DNA of 64,000 nt, from the NCBI GenBank assembly GCA_024679065.1, contig JAGIQG010000012.1, positions 25,854,001 through 25,918,000 on the forward strand. The letters run 5' to 3'. Position 1 is the stretch's first letter, and each line of letters starts with the position of its first letter. This stretch comes from Sphyrna mokarran. Taxonomy: Eukaryota. The position numbers and the translations under genes are program-made. Shown here piece by piece: positions 50,165-61,799 of this stretch. The notes under the pieces were generated by a model. That model searched no databases and was not told the origin of the DNA. It saw only the letters and a list, made by a program, of their open reading frames with translations.

Positions 50165-50560
50165 TCACAAGTTCTGTGATGGAGTTACATTTGTCATTGA
50201 TAAAGGGAAGCCTGTGGATGTACTCTACTTAGATTTTAGAAGGCATTTGATAAGGTGCCATACCAAAGGTTATTGCAGAAAATAAGAGCTCATGGTGTAG
50301 GGGGTAACATATTGGCAGGTACTGAAGATTGGTTAGCTAACAGGGAAAAGAGAGTTGGCATAAATGGATCTTCTTCTGATTGACAGGATGTGATGACTGG
50401 TGTGCCATAGAGATCAGTGCTAGAGCATCAACTTTGTACAATTCACATAAATGACTTGGACAAAGAAATTGAAGATATGGTAGCTAACTTTACTGATGGC
50501 ACAAAAATAGGAAAGTAAATTGTTAAGACACAGGAAGTTACAAAGGGACATAGATCAGTG
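50165..50560 (+). mobile_element. Old CR1 RT fragment
   Basis: Encodes IDKGKPVDVLYLDF, with decayed GVPQ and INDLD motifs. Confidence 0.75.
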
Positions 50561-50584
50561 CAAGAGGGGGAAGGGACATGGTTA

Positions 50585-51228
50585 TAAGAACATAAAAACT
50601 AGGAGCAGGAGTAAGCCATCTGGCCCCTTGAGTCTGCTCCGCCATTTGATAAGATCATGGCTCATCTTTTTGTGGACTCAGCTCCATTTACCTGCCCACA
50701 CATCATAACCCTTAATTTCTTTACTGTTCAAAAATTTATCTATCCTTGCTTTAAAAACATTCAATGAGGTAGCCTCAATTGCTTCATTGGGCAGGAAATT
50801 CCACAGATTTACAACCCTTTGTATGAAAAAGTTCCTAAAAATCCAAATCTGTTCCCCCTTATTTTGAGCTATGCCCTCTAGTTCTAATTTCACCCACCAG
50901 TGGAAACAACTTCCCTGCTTCTATCTTATCTATTCCCTTCATAAAAAATGTTTTTGTAAGATCTCCCCTCAGTTTTCTGATTCCACTGAGTATAGCCCCA
51001 GTCTACTCAATCTCTCCTCATAAGCCAACCCTCTCAACTCCAGAATCAACCTAGCGAATCTCCTCTTCACCCTCTCGAGTGCCAGGATATCCTTTCTCAA
51101 ATAAGGAGACCAAAACCGTACACAGTACTCCAGGTGTGGCCTCACCAGTACCTTGTACAGCTGCAACTTAACCTTGCAGTTTTTAAACTCTATCCCTCTA
51201 GTAATAAAGAACAAAATTCCATTTGCGA
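50585..51228 (-). mobile_element. CR1 3' fragment (another subfamily)
   Basis: Encodes LQLYKVLVRPHLEYCVRFWSPYLRKD and FFIQRVVNLWNFLP, and ends in a taagaacataa tail. Confidence 0.88.
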
Positions 51229-52929
51229 CTAATGCATGGAATAACGAATGTGAAGCTGTGCAGGTAGAAACATCTCAATGTGAAAACTCAATCTGTGGCC
51301 ATTTCAGGGTAAGCTGTTGAAGTGTGTAAACCCAGTGTGAGCTGGAAAGATGATTTTCAGTGGCAAGCAGGCTCTGTAATTTACATTCTTGGAAAGAATG
51401 GCTGGCTTCTCTAAGCTTGGAAACTTGATACTTCCTGCACTGCCTTGCCGTGCATCAGACCACGAAGCTGGCAATGGCTAACTTGGCCACCTTCTTCAAA
51501 TGTTCCTCTATCACTTTGTACCAAATAGAATCTCCCTCCACTGTCCCAGCTGGATCTGAGAGTTCAAGGGATTCCTGGCACCCAGCACACTTGTCAGAAA
51601 TGATTTTGAAATGGAAATAGATGCTGTGCTACCAGTTTATTTTATGGATGCCTTTCAATCCTGCAGGGTCAAGCAAGCTCCTGTCCACAATGATGACCAT
51701 CCAAATATTTGAACGAGGCTGGCCCACCAGAATCTATTGATGAAGTCAGCATACTCAAGACCGGACAGATGCAGATTACACTGTGCTCCACTCACAGATG
51801 TGATTTCAGAAGTAAATCTACTCCCGATGCAATTAGGAGTGTGCATCTGTTCTCAACACTTTGACAGCCAATGAGGGTAGAAACTGTGAGAATATCAAAC
51901 ATTACACAAATGCAGTTGTTGTAATATTAGGGTTGAGATCACTATAAAACTTGGCAGTTCTGCACTGTATTTGAGTTGGCCAATTCCTGACCTGGTAATC
52001 TGTGAAAGAGTTCTGAATTGGAAAGTGAAGATATTTTTCCATTCCCTAGTGCAGCCATCTGTCACTTTGATAAATGTACTCCAAAATAACATCTCCTTCA
52101 CAACTTTCTAACACCGTTTAATCTCTATTTGACTATAAATGGTTTTGCACTTTTTGCATGGGCTTGTTAAGCACTTGGAGACATTTGTCTTTTTTATAAA
52201 TTTTCTGCCCACGCAAGTTTATTCTGCGCTGCTGCCAAAGCAGTCCATGGAATTATGTCACTTTTCTCAGAACAGTGTAGTCAGCCAGGAAGTTTTGCTA
52301 ATGTAATTAATTATCTGCATCTTAACATTCAGTCAAAGCATAAAGCAGTGCATACAATGTCCCTGAACATTAATCCTAACAGTGTGGTATTTGTGAATAT
52401 GTGGCAAGTAGACCTGCCTGATGAACAATCACAATAGCTCTTCTTACACAAGGTCAATAGTTTCGGTGACAAAGTTGAAGTTGGCCAATGAATGTTAACA
52501 TGTCACCGGCACTTTGCAATATCAAAAGATCCAATGGTCCCAGTAATTTGGGAATTTCTCATTTATCTTGAATGCACAGAAATTCCAAAATCCTAGCAAT
52601 TAACATTGGAGATAGAGAGGGGAATTCACCAGCCCCATTCACCGCTGGTGGAAATTCCAAAATCCACTGAATCAGACAACAGGACTAAAACAGGATTCCG
52701 ACTGCATATCCATTACTATTCACCCTGCTGGCCCCAGCCCCAATCAAGTTCCTACCCAGCTTCATTAGCTGGCTGGAAGGCCGATTCTGTGGCCTCCTGC
52801 CATGCACAAACCTCCCCAACAGGAAACCTCCAGCATGCTGTGTAAAAGTATTAAGCTGTCAAAGACTAGTTAAAGGGATTGAATGGGAACTAAAATTTTC
52901 ATAGGCTTGCAATGGATTTCAAAGGATTT

Positions 52930-53240
52930 TGGGTAGTTAGCACTGCAGTTGTTAGCACTGCTGCTTCACAGTGCCAGGGACTCGGGTTTGATTCCAAGCT
53001 TGGGTCATTGTCTGTATGGAGTTTGCACATTCGCCCATGTCAGTATGGGTTTCCTCTGGGTTCTCTGGTTTCCTCCCATTGTCCAAAGATATACGGGTTA
53101 GATGGAATCGCCAAGTTAAATCCCCCCTTAATGTCAGGGAGACTAGTTAGGGTAAATGCATGGGCTAGGGCCTGGGTGAGATTGTGGTTTGTGCAGACTT
53201 GATAGTTGAATGGCCTCCTTCTGCACTGTAGGGATTTATA
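52930..53240 (+). mobile_element. HE1-like V-SINE
   Basis: tRNA head with duplicated gttagcactgc, V core and CR1-type tail. Confidence 0.82.
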
Positions 53241-54407
53241 AAGATTCAAAGGCTGGCAAAAGTTTTGAGCTTTCTAGGAAGGTTCGGAATCTTGAAAAGA
53301 TTGTGTCTGAGTGAGCTGCTGTGGGTGAAGTGAATTCCCCCACCCCCACTGAAAGTGACTTCTCCTGTGAATCAGAGGACTTCAAAGGGTTGTTCTGACA
53401 CCTGCTTCTTAGAAAGAGAAAGGGAAAATCCTTTCTAAAGAATGAAATGATGCTGTGATTTGAAAGCCTTCCAGGTGTCTGGAGAACATGGAGATTAAAA
53501 TGACTAAAGTGTGTTTTCACAGCCCACACACAAGAATGAAAATTTTGATCAGAAAGATGCCTGAAATCACTATGCCAAGAGTGATCTACAGGTTTCTAGG
53601 AATAGGAATCTAGAATCAACTCCTTGCCCCCAGCCGGAGATTCCTGAACCACCAGGTCCTTTGGGGACCAAAGACGGGGGTGGGGAGTGTCCTGAGGAGA
53701 CCCTATAATCAGAGTCTTCCTTTGGGGGGGGGAGGAGTCAGGTTACCCTCATGATATAGGGATGCGGGGAAGGGTGAGGACAGGAGGGTTAACCTGTGCT
53801 CTCAATGGTATGGGGAGGGTCCCTTTCTGTGTTGGGTGGTTCAGAGTGTCCCCAGGTCAGCCAGAGAGTGGCCTTTTCCATTATGGAGGGAAGGGAGCCT
53901 GTATCTGAATACTGAGATTGAAATATCCTTTAAAAATGGCATCCCAACGTCAGAGACTCGGGGCCGGCTGGAATGTTTCCTGCAATGTGTAAATTTGCAT
54001 CGATTAGATGGGCGAATCAGATTTAACTGGCATTGCTAATGCCAGCGAGAAACACTCTAGTATGGACACCTAGAGCCAATTCAGGGAATCGTGCCCAGAA
54101 TCAAACTGTCAGCAATGATTTCCATGATGTTTTAACTTTGTGAATTTTTTTTAAGCTACTATTCATTTATTCTCGTCCTCACTCAGATTTCTTCCTCCAC
54201 TCCCACCTATCTGAGGGTGCATTCATATGAAGATATGCTCCAGTAGACGTGTCAGCTGGCATTTTTCATCAATGCAGATACCTGTGATGTGAACAGGCTA
54301 TCGCACCATGGAAAGATAATCAGATTTGAAGTGATTCTGAGACCAACTCTAAGATCAGTGACTGCTCTAGCCTATATTGTTCAGTATCATCTTCCCAATT
54401 AAGCCAT

Positions 54408-54915
54408 TTGGGTGGTACAGTGATTAGCACTGCTGCCTCACAACACCAGGGACCTTAGTTCAATTCCCATCTTCAATCACTGTCTGGCATTAGCAACGCT
54501 TGTTAAATCTGATTCGCCCATCTGATCGATGCAAATTTACACATTGTGGGAAACATTCCAGCCAGTCCCGAGTCTCTGACATTGGGATGCTATTTTTAAA
54601 GGATACTTCAATCTCAGTATTCAGATACACGCTCCCTTCCCCCCACAATGGAAAAGGCCACTCTCTTGCTGACCCATTCTCTCTGTGTCCGCTTGAGTTT
54701 CTTCTGGATGCCTGTGTCTGTTTGGGTTTCCTCCAGGTGCCCCAGTTGCCTGCAGTCTGAAAGACATGCTGGTTAGATGTATTCGCCATGCTAAATTCTC
54801 CCTTAGTGTATCCCAACAGGCGCCAGAGTGTGGCGACTCGGGGATTTGCACAGTAACTTCATTGCACATTAATGTAAGCCTACTTGTGACACTAATAAAT
54901 AAACTTTAAACTTTA
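54408..54915 (+). mobile_element. V-SINE variant (alternative tail) interrupted by an inverted local duplication (about 54484-54673)
   Basis: Head at 54408-54486; the V core resumes near 54675; tail as at 22113-22406. Confidence 0.85.
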
Positions 54916-55676
54916 GAGAGACAACTCAGTCTTCATTTATGGAGTTGGACTTTTTTCACCATAGCTGGAAACAGAAGTTGATGCTGTTTCCAAGTGTCGA
55001 ACTTGACCTGGATGTTAGGGTGTGAGGAGATTGGGATTTTCATGAAGGTGCTTCCATATTGCCATGGGGATGATTCCCTGTCCAATTAAAGGAAGTGAGT
55101 GGGCTCACAAAGCTGAAAAATCAATCAGGATCTTTCATCCCAAGAGGGGCAGCAGGGTGGGAGGGCAGTTAAGTTTCAAAAACAACAGTTCAACATGGAG
55201 TTGACAAACTTTCAGTAAAAAAAATGGTGCTTTCAATCAGGCTGCCACAATTGGAGATGTGGGAGGCCCTCCACAGATTGTCCTCTGGCTATTCTCATAG
55301 AGGCTGGCAGTGTGGGTCCCTTGTCCTCCCTGGAGCATTGCTCCCCCCAAATCCCCCGCTGCTGGGTGCCTGCCTCCAGCCACCTAATCAAACCTGTGTG
55401 AGAAACTGAAGGCCAACTTCAAATTCTAGTCAGATTCCTTTAATGGGTTTAGCAAATGGGTCCTGCCACATGAGGTTGGCAATCCTGCTGGACCCAATCC
55501 TGCCTTCTGTAGAATGGCCAGTGTCAGAAATGGCATTGGAAAACTTGTCGCTTATTCAGAAATGTGAATGAAGTGTTACGAGAATATTCCAAGGTATCTT
55601 AGCTGTTTGCAACTTAGCATGTGCTGGGTTATTCCTGTAGCTATTCTTTGCAACATTGCTATTCTGTAGCTATTCT

Positions 55677-55960
55677 GCCAACATTGTCTATCTGATACAT
55701 GGCAGGAAAGAATGTCCCAAGACATTGTACATTGGGGAGACCATCCAGACACTATGACAGTGGATGAATGAACATCGCTTGACAATCACCAGGACAATTC
55801 TTCCTGTTAGGGAACACTTCAGTGGTCACAGGCATTCGAATGTTTGGTCAAACATTCTCCAAGGTGGCCATCATGACACACGGCAGCACAGTGTCACTGA
55901 GCAGAGACTGATAGCCAAATTCCACACACGAGGACGGCCTCAATCGGGATCCTGGGTATA
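55677..55960 (+). mobile_element. Penelope-like element GIY-YIG endonuclease relic
   Basis: Translates to ANIVYLIHGRKECPKTLYIGETIQTL*QWMNEHRLTITR..LPVREHFSGHRHS..EQRLIAKFHT. The VY..YIGET...R..EH pattern is diagnostic. Confidence 0.85.
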
Positions 55961-56877
55961 CAGCACAAATATCTGTGCTGTATCTGACCTCTTCATACAA
56001 GCAACAGGAGAGGCTAAAACATTGGAGTGTTCTCAGAATTGCATTTGATTTTCAATCTCAATAACATCTTTCACACAAATTTGCATTTATTATTTTTTGT
56101 TGCATTGTCCCAATAGATTCTTATTGTGAAAATCATACAGGGTCTGGTTTTTCCACAGGTCATCTGCAGTTCTCTTAACAGCAGCACTGGTGATGAGGTG
56201 ATGTCATCAACATCAAAGGAAAAATAATATTATGGGAAAAGCAGACATTTCTGCCTTGCAGCTCTGAACAATAAAATGGCCTTTGGCTTGTTTCATTTTA
56301 TTGGATTCAGCATCTCTTTCATTTCACCCTCTGTTTGGTCTGTAACTCTGGTTAAAGGAATGCATAACAACAGGTTTGTGATTAACAAATTCATTGAGGA
56401 ACTGCCTATTCTGATAGGCAGGTCTTTGGATTAATCTGTTGCATCAAATTATTTTTTTATTAACTAAACAAGAGAAACATTGAAGCAATCTTTACCTCCC
56501 CTCCTTCCCAACCTTCAGTTGCCTTCTTGCCTGCAGGCAATCACTCATCCTAATCCCTCAGGATCTGAATTAACAGAATTAACCTAATCCAGAGCATGGA
56601 GCTTCTGCTTTGTGCAGTTTAGTACCGTGCTGGATGGTATTCTTGTTCACCGGGTCACTGGAGAGCCATCAATAAATGCTAAAGAAGAATCTATGCGAAG
56701 GATCTTTAGGCCTTGCTGGGGGTGGCATTGCAGAGGGATAAAGCCTTGCTTCTTCCTGCTCTCTGAAACCACATTGCATTGGATCAACTTTTATTATACA
56801 GGATTCCATATTTTCCTCAGACCACAAGGCTGTAGAACCAATGGCCTTCCTTAGTTTCCTTTCACTTATTGATGGAC

Positions 56878-59088
56878 AGTGATGGACGGGGATAGGCATG
56901 AAGCTGGGGGCTGTAGTTATAGCTGGGGGAAGGGTAATTATGAGGCCATCAGGAGAGAATTAGGGGGCATAGATTGGACTAGGAAACTACAGGGACTGGG
57001 AACATCTGGAATGTGGTGCTTATTCAAGGAGCAGCTGCTGCGAGTCCTTGATAAGTATGTCCCTGTCAGGCAGGGAGGAAATGGACGAGTAAGAGAGCCT
57101 TGGTGTCCGAAAAGAGTTGATTTGCTGGTTAAGAAGAAAAAGGAGGCTTATGTCAGGATGAGGCTTGAAGGCTCAGGTAGTGCAATGGATAGCTATAGAT
57201 TAGCTAGGAAGGAGGGAAAAAGTGAATTGAGGAGAGCTAAGAGGGGACACGAGAAGATGTTGGCTGATAGGATTAAGGAGAATCCTAAAGCTTTCTTTCG
57301 ATATGGTAAGAATAGAAGATTGGTTAGGGCAAGATTAGGGCCAGTCATAGACAGCAGTGGGAAGTTGTGCGTGGAGCTGAAGAGATTGGAGAGGCACTGA
57401 ATAAATATTTCTCTTCGGTATTCACGCAGGGAGATGTAAATGTAGTTATGGAGAACACTGAGGTACAGGGTAGCAAACTGGAAAGTATCACAGTAGATAG
57501 GGAGGATGTGCTAGATATTCTCGAGGGTTTGAAGTTGGATAAGTCCCCTGGGCCGGACGGGATTTACCTAGGATTCTCTGGGAGGCAAGAGAGGAGATTG
57601 CAGAGCCTCTGGCTCTGATCTTCAGGTCCTCGTTGGTTACGGGTGTGGTTCCGGAGGACTGGAGGATAGCGAATGTGGTCCCATTGTTTAAGAAGGGAAG
57701 AGAGACCTTCCAGGGAATTATAGGCCAGTGAGTCTTACTTCTGTTGTGGGCAAGGTATTGGAGAGAATTATTAGGGATAGGATTTATAGTTATTTAGAGA
57801 GAAAAGAATTGATTGGGGATAGTCAGCATGGTTTCGTGAAGGGTAGGTCATGCCTTACTAACCTCATTGAGTTTTTTGAGAAAGTGACAAGAGAGGTGGA
57901 TGGGGGTAAGGCGGTTGATGTAGTATATATGGACTTTAGTAAGGCGTTTGATAAGGTGGCCCATGGAAGACTTCTACAGAAATGCAGATGTGTGGAATAG
58001 AGGGTGATTTAGCTAATTGGATTAGGAATTGGCTGGCAGATAGAAGACAGAGGGTGGTGGTTGATGGGAGATATTCATCGTGGAGTTCGGTGACGAGTGG
58101 TGTGCCTCAAGGGTCTGTTTTGGGGCCCCTGCTGTTTGTAATTTTTATAAATGATCTGGATGAGGGGATTGAGGGATGGATCAGTAAATTTGCAGATGAC
58201 ACTAAAGGCGGTGGAGTGGTAGATAGTGAAGAGGGGTGTTATAGTTTACAGAGTGACTTGGACAAGTTGCAGAGCTGGGCCGAGAGGTGGCAAATGGAGT
58301 TAATGTGGAAAAGTGTGAGGTAATGCACTTTGGCAGGAACAATAAATGTGTAGAGTATAGGGCTAATGGTAGGGCTCTTAATAGTGTTGAGGAACAGAAG
58401 GATCTTGGTGTATGTGTCAATAGATCCCTGAAAGTAGGCAGTCAAGTGGATAAAGTTGTTAAGAAGGCTATGGAGTCTTAGCTTTTATTGGTAGGGGGAT
58501 TGAATTTAGGAGCCGCAGCATCATGTTGCAGCTGTACAAAACTCTAGTGCGGCCGCACTTGGAGTATTGTGTGAAGTTCTGGTCGCCACATTATAAGAAA
58601 GATGTGGAGGCATTGGAGAGGGTACAGAGGAGGTTTACCAGGATGTTGCCTGGTATGGAGGGCAGTTCCTATGAAGAGAGGTTGAAGGATTTGAGGTTGT
58701 TTTCGTTAGAAAGGAGGCGGCTAAGAGGGGATCTTATTGAAGCATATAAGATGATTAGAGGTTTAGATAGGGGTGACAGTGATAGCCTTTTTCCTAGGAT
58801 GGAGAAAGCTAGCACGAGGGGACACAGCTTTAAATTAAGGGGTATGAGTTATAGGACGGATATCAGAGGTAGGTTCTTACTCAAAGAGTGATTAGGGAGT
58901 GGAATGCCCTGCCTGCAGCTGTTGTAGATGCGCCAAGTTTGGTGGCGTTTAAGAGGTTAGTTGATAAGTATATGGATGAGACGGGAATGGTTTAGTTAGG
59001 AGGGGCATTGCTTTTTATTTTGGTCGGCACAACATCGAAGGCCGAAGGGCCTGTTCTGTGCTGTATTGTTCTATGTTCTATGTTCTAT
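56878..59088 (+). mobile_element. Young CR1 subfamily A, 2.2-kb 5'-truncated copy with several frameshifts
   Basis: Tiled ORF2 pieces carry all RT motifs ([25 protein letters not shown]). It ends in a (TATGTTC)n tail. Confidence 0.96.
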
Positions 59089-59979
59089 ATTCTCCACAAG
59101 ATTGGCACCATCTAATCACTACTTATTTTCCCCTACTCTTTACCATTTGGTGGTGTCCTGCATAGGGGGGCTTTGACCCTTCCCGCACTATTTTAAACAA
59201 CTCAATGTGTCGAAAATGTAATTTATGGCCAGAAGCCTCACAAAACATAATAAAGCTGTTTAATGCTTATGAAAAAGAACCAATTTGTATTTCAGTCAAC
59301 CTCCTGAAGCTGCTCCAAGTTCCATGTTCTAACCACTTTCTGGCTAAAGAGGTTTCTCCTAAATTACTAGCTTATATTTATCAGGTGGGATTTTCAGCAC
59401 AACCTGCTGCATATATCACAGGGCCAAGGTGGCCTGCCATTGGCCAGTGGCAAGATCTACTGTCAATGGGTTTCCCGTTGAGAACACCCCTCACCACCTG
59501 GAAACCCGCAGTGGAGGTGCGGTCTTGGCGGAACTGGAAAATCCTGCGTGAATAGCCGGAAAATTCCGGCCGTAATTTTGAATTTTGGACACTGCCACAA
59601 GTGAATGCATCTTCTCTGTGTTTATGCTATTGAGCTCCTTCACAATTTTAAAAACTGACACAAATTCACAGCTCAACCTTCTAGAGAAAAGGAGACACAG
59701 CACTTGTTCAGTCTTTGCTAAGATACAGCACATTGGTGATAATCATTAACAGTCAGGCATTGCACAGCACTTTGATTTCATATCTTATCCTGAACCATTA
59801 TACTCAACGTGATTGGAGTCACTTATGGTCAAGAACACATCAGGCAAACGGAAATTATCAGTTAGTTTTACAATATGGTTATATTAAAATTATGTTTGGG
59901 TTGTTATGTGACACACACCCCTAGACATTAATTATTTATTGCCTGCATATGGGCAAACAGAAATAGCTATTTAAATATT

Positions 59980-60125
59980 TCATAGAATCATAAAATCCTA
60001 CAATGCAGAAGGAGACCATTTAGCTCATTGAGTCTGCACTGACACCATCGCACCCAGGTCCTATCCCCATAATCCCATGCATTTACCCAAGTTAGTCCCC
60101 CTGACTCTAAGAGGCAATTTAGCCT
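59980..60125 (-). mobile_element. 5'-truncated HE1-like SINE
   Basis: Matches the 3' part of 10085-10395 and has a catagaatcata tail. Confidence 0.75.
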
Positions 60126-60879
60126 TTTAGAAGGTATCAAAAAAGGAATTAGTAACATTTTTGAGATGATTCTTATGTCAATACAGAAGCATAAATGTAA
60201 TATTCTTATGTGAAAATATAGAAATAAACAATGATTTAGATTTTAAAAATCTTTTCAAACAGCATTGACAAGATAATTATTTTTTCCTCAAATTCTGAAG
60301 GAATCATAAACAGTATAATTTGTAGAAATTCCAATCCGCATTCTCAGCAATGATTAAAAATTTTTTTACAATTTAAACAATGGGGAGTAATAGGATGAAC
60401 AGTATATCAGCTGTGAGAATGATCCTGAAGTGAATGTTCCTGTGGTACATGATTTATCTGGTCTTTCCTTCCAGCTCCCTACTTTCTGCACCCAACAGAA
60501 TAAACTGGAGATTGTGTCCCAGTAATTTCTGTACATCTCTATGAATTTGTATTATATCTCAGGTTGCAGTTGCACACTGCAAAATCAATCACTCTGTGCA
60601 ATTTGCATTATACAAGCTTCCCAACATGATGTTAGTGAGTTATAAATTTAAAGAGGTGGCCCTTTCAGTTTGTCACACACTGTGATCAAAAGGGCTTAAA
60701 CAAAGTATATTTTTCACATGCCTTAAACCTAACAATGTGAAATATAGCAGCACAAAGATATTCCGACCAATACAGACAAATTTGGTGCTTAGCTGAGATC
60801 TGAATCTTACAATTCTTAATATAAAAGTGATATATATTCCTCACTAATGCAAACCTTCTGTATTAAGTTATTGGATATA

Positions 60880-61650
60880 TAGTCATTGAGATTTACAGCA
60901 TGAAAACAGGGCCTTTGGTTCAACTTGTCCATGTCATACTTTTTTTAAAACCCCTAAGTTAATCACAATTGCCCACATTTGGCCCATATTCCTCTATATC
61001 CATCTTACTCATGTAACTGTCTAAATGCTTTTTAAAAGACAAAATTTTATCTGCCTCTACCACTACCTCTGGCAGCTTGTTCCAAACACTCACCACCCTG
61101 TGTGTGAAAAAATTGCCTCTCTGGATACTTTTGTATCTCTCCCGTCTCACCTCAAACGTATGCTGTCTAGATTTAGACTCTTTTATTGACTGTCCAATTG
61201 ATCTGTGCCCCTATTATTTTATAGACCTCCAGAAGGTCAACCCTCAGCCTCCTATGCACCAGACAAAAAAGTCCCAAACTATCTAGCCTCTCCTTATAAC
61301 TCAAACCATCAAATCCCGGTGGCATCTTAGTAATTGTCTTCTGCACTCTTTCTAGTTTAATAATATCTTTTCTGTAATAGAGTGACCAGAATTGCACACA
61401 ATATTCCAAGTGTGGCCATACCAATGTCTTGTACAACTTCAACAAGATGTTTCAATTCCTGTATTCAATGTTCCGACTGATAAAACCAAGCATGCTAAAT
61501 GCCTTCTTCACCACTTTGTCCATGTGTGAATCCATTTTCAAGGAGTTATGAACATACGCCCTAGATCTCTTTGTTCTGTAACTCTCCCCAATGCCCTACC
61601 ATAAACTGAGTAAGTCCTGCCATGGTTCTATCTACCAAAATGTATCTGAG
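60880..61650 (-). mobile_element. CR1 subfamily C 3' fragment
   Basis: Encodes MLKLYKTLVWPHLEYCVQFW and FFTHRVVSVWNKLPEVVVEA. It is similar to 24610-25370. Confidence 0.9.
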
Positions 61651-61799
61651 TGCTTGTCTGGATACCCCATCCAAGTCAGTCACATTCCATGGATTAACTT
61701 ACAAGAAGGCCAATTTGATGTCTGCGATGGTGACCTCAGATACTGGTTTGACCAAGGCTTCTGGGGCAGATTATGTCCTTTCACTGACCTTTTGCTCAA

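Noticed and set aside
51380-51850. Possible HARBI-type transposase relic (ADFINR, VC..PG on the minus strand)
   Set aside because: Too degenerate to support by eye.
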